NCBI GenBank assembly: GCA_021786945.1
Contig: JAJYMK010000003.1
Span: 457,471-521,470, forward strand
Direction of reading: 5' to 3'
DNA length: 64,000 nt
Source: a bacterium
Lineage (GTDB): Bacteria; Patescibacteriota; Minisyncoccia; UBA6257; 02-FULL-45-10c
The position numbers and the translations under genes were made by a program. Positions 1-12,500 of the stretch are shown here, piece by piece; position 1 is the first letter of the stretch, and each line of letters starts with the position of its first letter. Under the pieces are notes generated by a model. The model made no database searches and was not told the origin of the DNA. It saw only the letters and a list, made by a program, of their open reading frames with translations.

Positions 1-148
1 CTTCGGGATACTGTAAATTTTATACATAACATGCGTCATTCAGGCTCGGAGTAGATTTATACACCTTCGCCCTCATTCCTTGTTCTGTATAAAATTTACT
101 TGTATCGCGTTTGGAAGCTATTAGCAGGATAAGTTTTAAGGAGGCGTT

Positions 149-502
149 ATGAAAAGGCATAACAAGGAAAGAAAAGAGCGCCTGGAAGATGTACCGGAAA
201 TATTCAAGGATTTGTGGGGCTTCAATTTCGTCGAGGAGATAACTTTCTCTAAGTCAAAAGACGAGATGTGGCCCAAAATCCGGGTGGTTGTCACCTGCGA
301 AGACGAAAATAAGATAAAAATGCTGAAGGCTCTGTTACAGAAATTCGAATTTCCTTTCAGCAATCTGAAGATAGTCTCAAACAGCGACAAAAAAGAAGTA
401 ACCACCGAAAAAAAGCCGGAGCAGACAAAGAAGCCCGGCCAGGTACCCAGCAAGCTCTTCAAAGTGAGCGGTTCGCAGAAGTTTAAGTTCAAATGCACAT
501 AG
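149..502 (+). CDS. hypothetical small lysine-rich protein (117 aa)
   Basis: ORF with AAGGAGG 6-7 nt upstream of ATG; GC-hairpin terminator follows; no family recognised. Confidence 0.5.
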   Translation: MKRHNKERKERLEDVPEIFKDLWGFNFVEEITFSKSKDEMWPKIRVVVTCEDENKIKMLKALLQKFEFPFSNLKIVSNSDKKEVTTEKKPEQTKKPGQVPSKLFKVSGSQKFKFKCT

Positions 503-514
503 CGGCTCACAAGC

Positions 515-552
515 CATAAAAAATCCCCTCTTTCTCAGAGGGGATTTTATTT
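515..552. terminator. bidirectional intrinsic terminator
   Basis: 8-bp GC hairpin ATCCCCTC/GAGGGGAT (523-545) flanked by A-run and T-run between convergent genes. Confidence 0.7.
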
Positions 553-553
553 T

Positions 554-1477
554 TTACTTACTATTTCCGTTTAGATAGTCTTTTATATTTAATACTGCTT
601 TTATACCGTCGCTGGCCGAAATATTATTTTGCCTATAATGCAAATCGGTTATGTCCCCGGCTGCCCAAATTCCGTCCCCGGAAGTTTTTTGGGTAGCATG
701 ATCCACGATTACCTCTCCATATTCATTTTTATTTACTAAGTCTCCCAAAAATTCAGAATTAGGCACCGATCCAATTTCCACAAAAACTCCATCTAATTTC
801 AAATCTTTTTGTTCGTTATTTTTTTTATCGAGATATTTAATCCCGGCAACAAAATCTTTTCCAAGAATCTCCGAAATTTCAGAATTAAATAAAATCTCAA
901 CCTTCTTATCTTTTTTAATATCTTCAAAAAGCACAGGATCACCCTTAATTGTCTCGCTTCTTACCAATAAATAAACCTTGTCTGCATATGCGCTCAAATC
1001 CTTAACCGCGCCCAAAGCGGCATTACCCCCACCAACAATCGCCACTGTTTTTTTAGAAAACATCGGGGCGTCACAAGTAGAGCAATATGCCACACCCTTT
1101 CCATCAAATTGCTTTTCTCCTGGTACGCCGAGTCTGCGCCTTCGTCCTCCCGTTACCGCTAAAAGCGTTCTGGTTTTAAACGACTTGCCATTTTTCAGAA
1201 TAACCCTAAAATTAATGTTTTCTTTTTCAACTTTTTCCACGGATGAACCCTCCTCAATTTCAATGCCCCCCTGAGCCATCAAATGATCCTCCATTTTTTT
1301 AGCCAATTCAAAACCGGAAATAGATTTTATTCCAATCCAATTTTGTATCTCAGAAGCAACAACTGACTGACCGCCAAAACTTTCGGTAATCAATAAAAAC
1401 TTTATTTTTTTTCTTGCGGCATATATGCCAGCCGAGACTCCGGCCGGACCTCCGCCGACAATTATAAGATCGTACAT
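554..1477 (-). CDS. trxB: thioredoxin-disulfide reductase
   Basis: N-terminal FAD-binding IIVGGGPAGVSAG, redox-active CSTCD, second dinucleotide fold VAIVGGGNAA, ~307 aa. Confidence 0.85.
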   Translation of the reverse strand: MYDLIIVGGGPAGVSAGIYAARKKIKFLLITESFGGQSVVASEIQNWIGIKSISGFELAKKMEDHLMAQGGIEIEEGSSVEKVEKENINFRVILKNGKSFKTRTLLAVTGGRRRRLGVPGEKQFDGKGVAYCSTCDAPMFSKKTVAIVGGGNAALGAVKDLSAYADKVYLLVRSETIKGDPVLFEDIKKDKKVEILFNSEISEILGKDFVAGIKYLDKKNNEQKDLKLDGVFVEIGSVPNSEFLGDLVNKNEYGEVIVDHATQKTSGDGIWAAGDITDLHYRQNNISASDGIKAVLNIKDYLNGNSK

Positions 1478-1482
1478 AAAAA

Positions 1483-1725
1483 TTATTTTTTAAGACCAAG
1501 GGCTTCTTCTAAAGCCACCCTGTCAAAACCAACAATAATTTCATGCCCAACCTCAATAACCGGAACTCCCAACTGATGTGACTTGTGAACCATCTCTTCT
1601 CTGGCTTTTAAATCGGTAGCCACATTTACCTCTTCATATTTAATTTTATTTTTAGTCAAAAATTCCTTTGCTTTTTGGCAATAAAAACAAGTTGGAGTTG
1701 AATATATTTTTACTTTTTTCTCCAT
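1483..1725 (-). CDS. glutaredoxin-like small redox protein (Grx/NrdH family)
   Basis: 80 aa, CFYC active-site motif in thioredoxin-fold context (KIYSTPTCFYCQKAK). Confidence 0.7.
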   Translation of the reverse strand: MEKKVKIYSTPTCFYCQKAKEFLTKNKIKYEEVNVATDLKAREEMVHKSHQLGVPVIEVGHEIIVGFDRVALEEALGLKK

Positions 1726-1748
1726 ATTTCTATATTTTTTAATTTTAA

Positions 1749-2591
1749 TTATTGAGCATTCAATATTGTGTCGATAAGTTTCTTGAATTCGCTGAATGGC
1801 TGGGCTCCGGCTTTACTTATCTTATTGATAAAGAAACCAGGGGTACCGTTTACTCCGGCTTTTGTACCTAAATCAGTATCAGCTGTGGTTTTACCTTTAT
1901 ACTTACCCGAGTTTAAACAGGTGTCTAATTTAGAAATATCAATTCCCACTCCGCTCGCCAAATTCTTAACTTTAGCTATATCGGCAACGTCCGATTGATT
2001 ATCCGCTATAGCCTTGTGGAGTTCCCAAAATTTACCCTGATCATAAGCACAATACAAAACATTCATAGCCTCCTCACCGGTGCCGTGTCCTGGATAATAT
2101 CTATAAATCAATCTGGCTTTTCCGGTATTAACGTAGTTTTCCATTATTCCAGGAATAGGAGCCGTCCATGAAGGAGAATTACTCTTAAGATAATTTATGA
2201 CTTCCTGGTTTCCACCATCAGCTGCAGCGCAAAATGGACAAGAAGGATCTGAATATAAGAAGATAGTTACCGGAGCATTGTCTTTTCCGAAAACCAAATC
2301 ATCTTTTTTTACGACAAAGGCATCGTCATTAGCGGTTGCACCGGAATTAACCGTTGAACCCACATTGGCTTTTTGTTCGGTTACACCTAAGCCTTTTCCA
2401 TAAATAAGCGCACCGCTGATTAAGACCGCGGCAATCAGAATACTGGCTGATAAAACATAATTGGCCTTGTTCTTGTTATTGTTAGTAACTGTTTCCATAA
2501 TATTTTTTATATTTTTTTCTTCTTTCTTTTCCATTTCAATGATTTTCTCCTCTTCTTTTAAGACTTCTTTGATTTTTTCGTCGTTATTCAT
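1749..2591 (-). CDS. DsbA-family thiol:disulfide oxidoreductase, membrane-anchored
   Basis: N-terminal TM segment; CPFC active-site motif; thioredoxin-like domain; 280 aa. Confidence 0.7.
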   Translation of the reverse strand: MNNDEKIKEVLKEEEKIIEMEKKEEKNIKNIMETVTNNNKNKANYVLSASILIAAVLISGALIYGKGLGVTEQKANVGSTVNSGATANDDAFVVKKDDLVFGKDNAPVTIFLYSDPSCPFCAAADGGNQEVINYLKSNSPSWTAPIPGIMENYVNTGKARLIYRYYPGHGTGEEAMNVLYCAYDQGKFWELHKAIADNQSDVADIAKVKNLASGVGIDISKLDTCLNSGKYKGKTTADTDLGTKAGVNGTPGFFINKISKAGAQPFSEFKKLIDTILNAQ

Positions 2592-2658
2592 AATTTTTAA
2601 TTTTTACTTATACTTAAATTTAATTATATAATAATATTACTTATAACTCACCAAATCA

Positions 2659-3996
2659 ATGGAACCACTTTCTAAATTTAAACAAATAATTATTTTTCTT
2701 GGGGATATTATAGTATTCTATCTTTCCCTTATACTCACCCTGTGGCTACGATACGGCAACGGCTTCTACGGCAACCTCTTTGATTATCATATTGGACCAT
2801 TTTCGGTTATTTTGGCTATATGGCTATTAGTTTTTTATATTGCCGGTATTTACGACTTAAAAAACTTAAAAAATGATCTGGAATTCGAAAAAAAGTTCTG
2901 GTACTCTCTGCTTTTCAACGCCGGCATCTCAACCATCTTTTTTTATCTGAGCACAAATATAAATATAGCCCCAAAAACTAACCTTTTTATTTTCATTATA
3001 ATTTTCGGCGGGCTTGGCTATTTTTACAGACAGATCATCAACTCCATTCTTGGAAAAAATGAAGCGGCCACTAGAATTCTTTTGATTGGAAACAACCGCA
3101 CAACTCAAGAAATAAGCGAATACCTAAAAAACAATACTCAGCTTGGTTATGAGATAAAATTTTGGATGAAAGATGGGCTAAAGGATAAAGAATTTGAACA
3201 TCTTTTCCAAATAATTATAGCCAATAATATAAACACTATAGTTATTCCGGCCCATATTAAAAAAGACTTTGTATCTGCAAGCCTAATATATAAAACTCTT
3301 TTGGCAGGTATAGACATAATGGATTTGGCCGCTCTTTATGAATTAGTTTTCAAAAAAGTTCCTTTGTCCGAATTAGAAGAAGTCTGGTTTCTGGAAAATA
3401 TTACAAAAAAACACAAAATTTACGAATACATTGTAAATCCACTGGAATATATAATGGCCTTTATAATGCTTATCGTTCTGTCTCCCGTTCTTTTGATAAT
3501 TGCTTTAGCTGTAAAACTTACTTCAGAGGGATCGGCTATTTTCAAACAAAAAAGAGTGGGTAAAAACGGCCAGGAATTCACTATTTATAAATTCCGCACA
3601 ATGAAAATAGATGCCGAAAAAAATGGGCCGCAGTGGGCAAATTATTTTAAAGATGAAAGGGCTACTAAAATCGGTAAATTTTTGCGCGCCTCGCATTTAG
3701 ATGAGTTGCCACAACTTATGAATATACTGAAGGGCGAGCTTTCTTTTATAGGACCACGGCCAGAAAGACCTGAATTTGTGGCTAGTCTCAAAAAAGAAAT
3801 TCCCTACTATGAACTTCGCCATCTCACCAAACCAGGAATAACCGGCTGGGCTCAAATAAACTTCAGATATAGCGCTACCGTAGAAGAGGCATATGAAAAA
3901 ACCCAATTTGATATATATTATATAAAAAACAATTCTCCTTTTCTGGATTTAAGTATTTTACTAAGAACAATAAAATTTATTTTTACCAACAACTAA
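2659..3996 (+). CDS. polyprenyl-phosphate sugar phosphotransferase (bacterial sugar transferase, WbaP/EPS priming family)
   Basis: N-terminal multi-TM region plus C-terminal sugar-transferase domain with KQKRVGKNGQEFTIYKFRTM and DELPQL motifs. Confidence 0.8.
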   Translation: MEPLSKFKQIIIFLGDIIVFYLSLILTLWLRYGNGFYGNLFDYHIGPFSVILAIWLLVFYIAGIYDLKNLKNDLEFEKKFWYSLLFNAGISTIFFYLSTNINIAPKTNLFIFIIIFGGLGYFYRQIINSILGKNEAATRILLIGNNRTTQEISEYLKNNTQLGYEIKFWMKDGLKDKEFEHLFQIIIANNINTIVIPAHIKKDFVSASLIYKTLLAGIDIMDLAALYELVFKKVPLSELEEVWFLENITKKHKIYEYIVNPLEYIMAFIMLIVLSPVLLIIALAVKLTSEGSAIFKQKRVGKNGQEFTIYKFRTMKIDAEKNGPQWANYFKDERATKIGKFLRASHLDELPQLMNILKGELSFIGPRPERPEFVASLKKEIPYYELRHLTKPGITGWAQINFRYSATVEEAYEKTQFDIYYIKNNSPFLDLSILLRTIKFIFTNN

Positions 3997-4028
3997 AAAA
4001 ATCCCGCGGATTCGCGGGATTTTTTTTA
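3995..4028. terminator. bidirectional intrinsic terminator
   Basis: hairpin ATCCCGCG-GATT-CGCGGGAT followed by T8, A-run upstream; between convergent genes. Confidence 0.75.
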
Positions 4029-4979
4029 TTATCTTGTTTCAAACCACTCTATTGTTCTTTTAAGGCCTTCCAAAAAATCAACCTTGGGTTTGTAGCCGAT
4101 AGTTTTTTTGGCCAAATTTATATCCGCCAAGGTGTGCATCACGTCGCCCACCCTCGAAGCTCTTTTCTCTAATTCAAGTTTCATGCCGGTATATTTTTCT
4201 ATCAATTTTTTAATCTCTATCAAATTAGTCCTTTCACCATTAGCTATATTCATACAAATTCCCTTCAATGGTTTTTTACTAAGCATACAAGCAATATTGG
4301 CATCTACCACATTGTCTACATAACAAAAATCTCTAGATTGTTTTCCATTTCCCTCAATAAATGCCTTTTTATCTTTGGGGAAATAGAGGGCCTCCAACCA
4401 AGCGGCGACAACCGTGGAATACGGCGAATCTCCATATTGACCCGGACCAAAAACATTAAAATATCTCATACAAACCGTATCTAGGCTATATAACTGGCTA
4501 AAAATCTTGCAAAACGGCTCGCAATCATATTTTTGAACGGCGTAAGGGACTTGCGGATCCGGAAAATTTTCCGATTCTTTAGTCGGAATATATTTTGCTC
4601 CCCCATATACCGAAGACGAAGAAGAAAACATAAATCTTTTTACTTTAAACTTACGGGAAAAATCCAATAAATTTACGGTTCCTAAAATATTAACTTCGGT
4701 AGTCAATACTGGATTTTCTACAGAAAAAGAAACTCTTGGCAAAGCCGCAAAATGAAAGACATATTCGGGCTTATGTTTAGAAAATATCTTTGCCAATAAT
4801 TTTTTATTTAAAATACTTCCTTTATAAAAAATTATCGATTTTTCTATCGCATCTTTTCTACCCGTAGAAAAATCGTCTATTCCCACAATTTCAATTGCAG
4901 GAAACCTATTTTTAAATATTTTTACAAAATTACTACCTATAAATCCGGCACAGCCGGTAACTAAAATTGATTTTTTCAT
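4029..4979 (-). CDS. NAD-dependent epimerase/dehydratase (UDP-sugar 4-epimerase-like)
   Basis: Rossmann motif VTGCAGFIGS near N-terminus. ORF track extends to 5087, but the likely start is the internal ATG (MKKSILVTG) at 4979, which removes overlap with the next gene. Confidence 0.75.
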   Translation of the reverse strand: MKKSILVTGCAGFIGSNFVKIFKNRFPAIEIVGIDDFSTGRKDAIEKSIIFYKGSILNKKLLAKIFSKHKPEYVFHFAALPRVSFSVENPVLTTEVNILGTVNLLDFSRKFKVKRFMFSSSSSVYGGAKYIPTKESENFPDPQVPYAVQKYDCEPFCKIFSQLYSLDTVCMRYFNVFGPGQYGDSPYSTVVAAWLEALYFPKDKKAFIEGNGKQSRDFCYVDNVVDANIACMLSKKPLKGICMNIANGERTNLIEIKKLIEKYTGMKLELEKRASRVGDVMHTLADINLAKKTIGYKPKVDFLEGLKRTIEWFETR

Positions 4980-5048
4980 TTTTTTGGGGTTACTTACATT
5001 ATAAAACAATTCAAATATAAAAAATGTTATATTTAAAATAATATAAGC

Positions 5049-6485
5049 ATGTATTACAGAATAAAAAAATTTCTTTTTGAAAACCAAAATCTAAAACAAA
5101 CCGTAGCTAAAAATACATTTTGGTTATTTTTCGGACAACTTTCCGGTCGCCTGCTTAGAACCGGATTGATTATTTATGCCGCCAGAGTTTTAGGACCTTC
5201 CAGTTGGGGTGCATTTTCTTATGTTATGACGTTGGTTGCCTTCATGACTATTTTTTCCGATATGGGAATGGGAGCGATTGTTACCAGAGAATCCGCCAAA
5301 TCTCCGGAATCTTCAAAAAAATATTTTTCAACAGCTTTTTGCTTAAAACTTATTCTTTTGACGGTAGGTATGCTGCTTCTGATATTCGCCGGAAAATATT
5401 TCACCAATATTCCGGAAGCTCAAAGCCTCATGCCACTAGTTGCGCTTATTTTGTTCTTCGATAGCTTAAGAAATTTTGGCTTTGTCATCAGTAGAGCCAA
5501 AGAAAAAATGCAACTGGAAGCTCTAAACGAAGTATTAACTAACTTCCTCATAACAATACTCGGGCTTATATTCTTATGCCTAATTCCAACAAGCCAAAGC
5601 CTAACGATAGGATACTTATACGGTGTAGCTATAGGCTTCATCGCCGTCTTACTCACCTTAAAAGACCATTTCTATTCATCACTAACAAATTTCGATAAAA
5701 ATCTAATAAAGCCGATACTAAACGATTCACTCCCCTTTGCATTAGCAAGTTTTTTGGGCGCAATAATGATAAATACCGACCTCTTTATGATAGGCTGGAT
5801 GCGGCCGGTAGATGAAGTCGGTTTTTATTCCGCCGCGCAAAAACCTATACAAGTTTTTTACACAATTGCCTCTCTATTTGCCGTAAGTATTTTTCCTGCC
5901 CTTACCAAAACACTTAAAGACAGCTTAGAGAAAGGCGGGAAGCTTTTGGAAAAAGCAGTAGCCATGTCTTTATTAATAGCCGTACCGCTTTCTCTGGGGG
6001 GTATAATTCTTGGAGACCAAATCATCACATTACTTTTCGGACCAGATTATGCCGCGGCCACCCTCTCATTTCAGATATTAATGCTCACACTAGTAATAAT
6101 TTTCCCGTCGGTAATAGTAAGTAACTCAATATTGGCCCATGAACAACAGAAAAATTTTGTAACCTTTTCTATGATTGGTGCAATAGGCAACATTGTTTTT
6201 AATTTTCTACTGATTCCTTTCTTTGGAATTGCGGGCGCCTCAGCTTCAACCGTAATAACACAATTAGTTTCCAATTATTTTATCTGGAAAAAAATGCAGG
6301 CAGTTAACCCCTTCTCTGTTCTGCCTAATATCAAAAAAATAATCATTGCTTCAATATTAATGGCTGGTTCGGCAGCGCTTCTTAAATACATTTCGATTCC
6401 GCTTCTTATAAATATTTTATTATCTATCGCTATTTACTTCTTAATATTAAAGCTTCAGAAAGAAAAATTACTCGAAATATTTTAA
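5049..6485 (+). CDS. polysaccharide biosynthesis protein, Wzx-type oligosaccharide flippase (MOP superfamily)
   Basis: 478 aa, ~12-14 predicted TM helices, N-terminal pattern typical of Wzx/PST flippases; adjacent to sugar transferase and epimerase. Confidence 0.7.
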   Translation: MYYRIKKFLFENQNLKQTVAKNTFWLFFGQLSGRLLRTGLIIYAARVLGPSSWGAFSYVMTLVAFMTIFSDMGMGAIVTRESAKSPESSKKYFSTAFCLKLILLTVGMLLLIFAGKYFTNIPEAQSLMPLVALILFFDSLRNFGFVISRAKEKMQLEALNEVLTNFLITILGLIFLCLIPTSQSLTIGYLYGVAIGFIAVLLTLKDHFYSSLTNFDKNLIKPILNDSLPFALASFLGAIMINTDLFMIGWMRPVDEVGFYSAAQKPIQVFYTIASLFAVSIFPALTKTLKDSLEKGGKLLEKAVAMSLLIAVPLSLGGIILGDQIITLLFGPDYAAATLSFQILMLTLVIIFPSVIVSNSILAHEQQKNFVTFSMIGAIGNIVFNFLLIPFFGIAGASASTVITQLVSNYFIWKKMQAVNPFSVLPNIKKIIIASILMAGSAALLKYISIPLLINILLSIAIYFLILKLQKEKLLEIF

Positions 6486-6520
6486 ACAAAAACCCCTCAT
6501 TAAATGAGGGGTTTTAAAAA
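6486..6520. terminator. bidirectional intrinsic terminator
   Basis: hairpin AACCCCTCAT-TAAA-TGAGGGGTT between convergent genes. Confidence 0.65.
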
Positions 6521-6528
6521 TTTTTAGA

Positions 6529-9500
6529 TTAAGGAGTATATTTCATAATCGCCTTTGTTCCTCCGCTTGTCTGCACTCTAAACTTAGAGGCTGAAGAATC
6601 CGATGGATCAACAAGTTTAATATTATAAATAGGTGCGCCGCTACTATATAGCGAAGTTATTTCCGATGGTGATAGTGCCCTGTTATAAATTCTGACTTCG
6701 TCTAATTTTCCATCCAAAGTCCTACCGGAAAGTGAATACGGATCGCTACCGATAGCTATTGGATTTCCCTGATAAACAGGCAAAAGACTTGTATTTATAT
6801 AGTTATCCAAAGCCCCGTTAATATACAACGCCATATAATTTGCCGAATAATCATAAGTTCCCACAACATGATACCACTGACCAACGCCTAATTTCGTCAC
6901 GCTATTCACACCAATCCAGGTATAACCAGGATAGTAATATTCCGATACGTTTAAGGTTCCGTCTGGCGATATAGGCATAGAAAAATCATCATAATATTGA
7001 TTAACGAGTCGGGGAGCAAACACGAATGATTGGGTAGCGCTATTTCTGTAGACCCAGGCGGCCAGTGTCCATTTACCGTTAAGAGTTAAACTGGAAGTTC
7101 TTGGAACCGAAACATAAGAATCTACACCATCAAAAGTCAAACCCCCATTTATCTTTCCCGCGATTGTCCAAGTCGGACCATTTATAAGTGTTCCATTATT
7201 GTTATTGCCCGAAGAATCAGCCGCCGACAATCCCGTGCCCTCATCAAATTTCCAATACCCAACTAATCCAGAGGTAGGAGCTGTGGATTTAGCAACCTGT
7301 AATGGAGATGCCTCACTTGTATCGCAAGCAAAAGCAATTACCGCAGTTCCATCGTAAGCCCTCATACCGCAATCAACAGCCAAAGCAGCAATAGTTATGG
7401 TTGGTTCGGTAACGGTATATTTCCTAATACGAATATTATCCCAATAGGAATCATGCGCTGTGCCGCCATCGGAAATTAAACCTATATTTCCACCATTATT
7501 TGAAAATGTAAATGTTGGTGTATAATCTGTACCGTTTATATTTATCTGCGCGGCTGTTCCGGTTAAAGTCAATTTCAATTTATACCAAGTATTAAGAGCT
7601 GGCGAAAAACCCGTATCAGATCCAACTGACCAGCCATTCCAACTGGATGTTGTATACCAATTTGAGTGATCCCCTGTCCCGGTATTGGTATCAAAGTTAA
7701 AAGCCTGTCCCGTACCATTATTGTTTACCAAGAAAAAGAAATCACCTATAGCCCTGCCGCTGCTAGCTAAACGCTGATTATATTCAACAATGTTGTTGGG
7801 TTTCAAACCAACATTCTTAAACATATAATTATTAACCGAAGAAAATGGCGTATCGTAAGACGGCGGGATATAACCAACTGTAATATTTTGATAAGCACCC
7901 GAGACTGTCCAGCCGCTCCTATTACTTCCATCATCCCAATAAATAAAAGTGCTTGGGCCATCAGATCCAGGCGTGGCATTGGAATTGCCGTAATACATAT
8001 AAATAGTTTTATTGGCGGAGCCCGCAATAACCGGCACCTTAACCCAAACTTTTTTATCGGACTCTATCCAATACGGATAGCTAAAATTCCAAGTCTCATC
8101 ATTTAAATTACTAGAATCCGAAAACCTTAAATCATCAAAATTCAATTCCGCTTTTGAAGCATTGTAAAAATTTGATATATCTGCCGCCGATAAAGCCGCG
8201 TTAAATACCTTAACCTCGTCAATATAGCCATTAAAATACCACTCTAAAATATCAGGTCTAGCTCCAATAGCATTGATTGTACTCCCAGTAATATTTGGAG
8301 ACATTGCCAAAGAACTTCCACTAGCCGATCCGTCAACATAAAGCTGAACAGACGAACCATTATAAACAGCTGAAACAAAGTGCCACGCACCATTGGTAAC
8401 TGTAACCGACGACGTCGGTCCTGCGACTCCGGCTAAATCAAAAGCTAATTGATTTGAGGTATTCACATAAAGCCAAAGCCCTTGACCAGTTGCTGCGCCA
8501 CCATAGTTTATAATTCCCTGACGCGCCCCAGTAGTTGAAGTTTTTATCCAGGCGCTGATAGTAAAACTTCCCGTGCCTGTATGAGGAGGTGTGGCAAAAG
8601 TAATATATTGACTACCGCCATTAAATTGAGAACAAGTTCCAAACTTACAGCTTGAAGTAGCAACCCACGTTGGGCTATTTACCAAGGTTCCATAATTATT
8701 ATTTCCGGACATATCTCCGGCATAAAGTCCTTGGCCTTCATCTAAATGCCAAGAAGCGACTACATTTGTATTGTTATAAATAGTATTGGTTATATCTACA
8801 GGAACTTGATAATCATATAAAGTACTTGAATTTGAAGTATTATTTATAGTCACAGCTCTTTTGGTTGTAAAAGAAACTTTATTTTGCTCAGCATATAAAG
8901 AAGTAGTAGGCTCCGTTGCTGTATATTTTCTGACTCTTACCCTATCAAATATTCCAGTTGAGGCATAACTATCAAAACCCATCTTAGAATTTCCGGTAAA
9001 CAAAGAATTGGTGTAACCACCGGAATAAACTCCATTTATTGTTAATCTATCTTGGGTTCCGGTATAAGCCAGACTGGCCGTGTGCCATACCCCCGTCGCC
9101 AAAGGCACGGTACCCACAACCGTTTCTCCGGACCAAGTACCGCCAGTACGTGATTGCCATACAAAATTGTTATCAGCATCGGTATGCCTATAAAAACGGA
9201 CTAAATTGCTAGCATCATTACCTCGCGCAACTAATTGTGGGTTTCTGCCGGTATCAGCTCTGTAAAAATCAAAATCGACAACTTTAACTGCTGGAAATAA
9301 TTGAGTTGAAAACACCGGATTATCATTTGTGCTAGCGGTGGTTAAATAACCATTAGCGATACTGGATCCGGCAACTAAAGCCCAATTAGTGGAAATATAA
9401 GGAACTACAAAATCGTCAAAAAATTGAAAAGTGTTATTTCCATCACTTTGAGCCGGAGCCGAACTATTTCCATAATACATATATATAGTCTTCTGAGTGC

Positions 9501-12500
9501 TTGCGGGAATATATGGAACTTTTACCCAAGCCTTTTTGTCCGATTCCAGCCAATATGAATAACTAGAAGCCCAGGATTGGTCGTTATATGAAGCATCATC
9601 AGAGAAACGGAGGTCGGAGTAATTTAATGAAATTTCGGAATTATTATAAAGATTGGCTATTTCTAATGGGGAAAGAGCCCGGCTATAAGTCCTAAGCTCA
9701 TCTATTGATCCCACATATGGCCTCGTTGTTCCAGAATCAAACGCGCCTAAAGAATTACCGTTGGCAATTGATTGGGTTGTTAAAGGCACTGACCCAATCG
9801 CATTTACAATACCATCGATATAAATAGAAACAACAGTCCCATTCCATGTAAAACCAACTTGATGCCAGGCGCCGTTATTAACGGTTCCTGTGCCAATAAC
9901 CGCATTGCTACCCCAATTACTCACCCTAATCGAAGTTCCCTCAAGATCAAATGAAAAAGTATTAGTTCCGGTTCTCTTTGAAAACATTATTGAATCATCC
10001 CCCGCTACTCCAGTTTGAGTGGTATTTATCCACATAAAAACGGAAAATGGGGTTCCCTGTCCGCTAATATCAAAATTACCCAACCCGACGCTGCTGGAAT
10101 TAAAATATAAAGCGTTACCATATTTTCCGGTTACCCACAAAGGACCAACTTGAACACCCCTATGATTCCTATTTTCCGATGAATCAAAAATAGTCGGTCC
10201 CGCACCTTCATCAAAATGATAATCGCTAAATAATCCTTGAGTGTTATAAAAAGCAGTCGTTAAATCTACCGGAACTTGGTAATCATAAAGCGCACTACCG
10301 GAAGTGTTATCCACTGTAATCGCCCTGCGTTTTGCGTATGTTAAATTATTCTGCTCGGAATAAACAGAAGTTGTTGGTTCGGTGGCGGTATACTTTCTAA
10401 CAAAGAAATAGGAAAAATTAGCCGCAGATGCTGTTTCGTCACGATCCACCTCTAAACCAACTCCACCGGATGTCAAAGAAGAATCCGTTGCGGATGTAGT
10501 TGTAATTGCACCGGTAATATTATTTGTTACGGTATTGGTTAAAGAAGTTCCAACAAATTTGGTAAGTATTTTATAATTCACATTAGCCGTCACTCCGCCA
10601 TTTGTAGCTAAGGTAGATAAATTTGTCCAAGTTCCGCCAACACGCTTACCTAATTCAGTACTATTGATGCTCCATGCTTCTAAATCAGCAACGTACATGT
10701 TATTGGAATCACTACTTCTGCAAATCAATGCCTTACCATAACTCCCGCCTACAGTTAAAGGAGTAATGGCAGATTCCATAATGGCATTATCAATTGAAAA
10801 TTTCTTGCTTCTTAAAACGCTAAATGTAACACCGGCTGTGCCGCTGGTAGGTATTTCCGCGCCGCTCCTATTTACAGTCCAAATATTTCCCTCTTTGTTC
10901 CACTTATCAGTAGAAATAATTCCGGTGTCGAAATCGTCGCCAAAAAGAAAAGTATTTGAAATATCACTCTGACTATCAGCGGAACTATTTCCGTAATACA
11001 TATATATTGTTTTCTGTGTTGCGGCCGGAATATACGGAACTTTTACCCAGGCTTTTTTATCCGATTCGAGCCAATAAGAAAAACTAGAATTCCAAGTTTG
11101 ATCATTGTAAGAAGAGGCATCATCGGAAAATCTTATATCATTGGAATCTATACGATTTTTTGAGGCATTGTATAAATCCGATATTTCTGCGGGAGAAAGG
11201 GCCCTATTGTAAATTCTTGGTTCATCAATTTGGCCAAGATAATATTCCGTTGTACCAAAATTACCAACCGTTAACTCATTCGGCGTCACAGCCCCATATG
11301 TATAGCCGGATATAGCCTGAACTAATACGCTATTGGCATATAACTTCGAAATTCCTAAAGAATCAACTGTTGCTACAATATATGTCCAACTCGTTGTTGA
11401 TGGAATATATGACGATTTGTTTTGCGCAGCACCATGAAGCTGGATTGATCCATCGGTTGCATGCTGATAAAGAAGCCAATTTAAACCAGCGGCTGCAGAT
11501 CTATTGCCAATAATATCCTGATATTGACCACCCAATCTTCCTGGTTTTATCCATAAAGCAACCGTCAATTCTTGTCCATTTGATTTTTGAAAAGCCGGAG
11601 TAGTTAAACGGCCATACTGACTTGAACCATTAAAACTCAGACAGGTTCCAGATTTGCATCCCGATTCCACAGTCCAGGTTGGAGAATTGTATAGGGCCAA
11701 ACTATTATTCAAACCCGAAGAATCAGCCGCTGAACTTCCCTGACCCTCATTAAAATGCCAATCGCCAATAAGACCTGTATTATTGTAGGTAGTTGTAGTT
11801 AAATCTACCGGGACTTGATAATCATAAAGTGCGCTGCCGGAAGTATTATCTATTGTAATCGCCCTGCGTTTTGAGTATGTTAAATTATCCTGCTCGCCAT
11901 AAACGGAAACTGCCGGCTCAATTGCCGCATATTTACGGACGCGAATATTATCAAAATATTGATCGGCAATATCGCCGGTAGGCTCGTTCCACCATCTTGG
12001 CAATATTAAATATCTATTTGTTCCAAAAGTTATACTCTGAGTACCGCCAACTTGAATGTCGTCCTTATAAAATCCGACATTGGAACCATTCAGGATAATT
12101 TTATAGTTATTAAAAGTATTCAAGGCATAACTTCCGACGCTTCCCTGCAATAAAGTCCAAGCGCCAGGAGCTCTTTTATACAAACTGAAAGTGCTTGTTG
12201 TAAAAAACGGCCAAAAACCATTGCCATCTGCCTGATTTGAATCCATAATTCCAAGGTTTACATTATGCCCGGAAGCAATGCTTACCGTTTTTGCTGAGTA
12301 ATCAACAATAAAATCCCCATTAACTGCTATGGCTGATTGCAGGGATTTTACCGGAACGGTTCCGTCTTGATAAGACCTTAGCTGTCCACTGGAGGCAGAA
12401 ATAACATCGCTTGCCGTACCCGCACTTACCAGCCATTTATTAGAATCTATAGTACCACTATTAAAATCATCACCAAAAATAAATGTATTGGAAATGCTGC

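Noticed and set aside
4980-5087. N-terminal 36-aa extension of the epimerase ORF as given in the ORF track
   Set aside because: The extension overlaps the start of the flippase gene and precedes the Rossmann motif by an atypical hydrophobic stretch; the internal ATG gives a canonical N-terminus.
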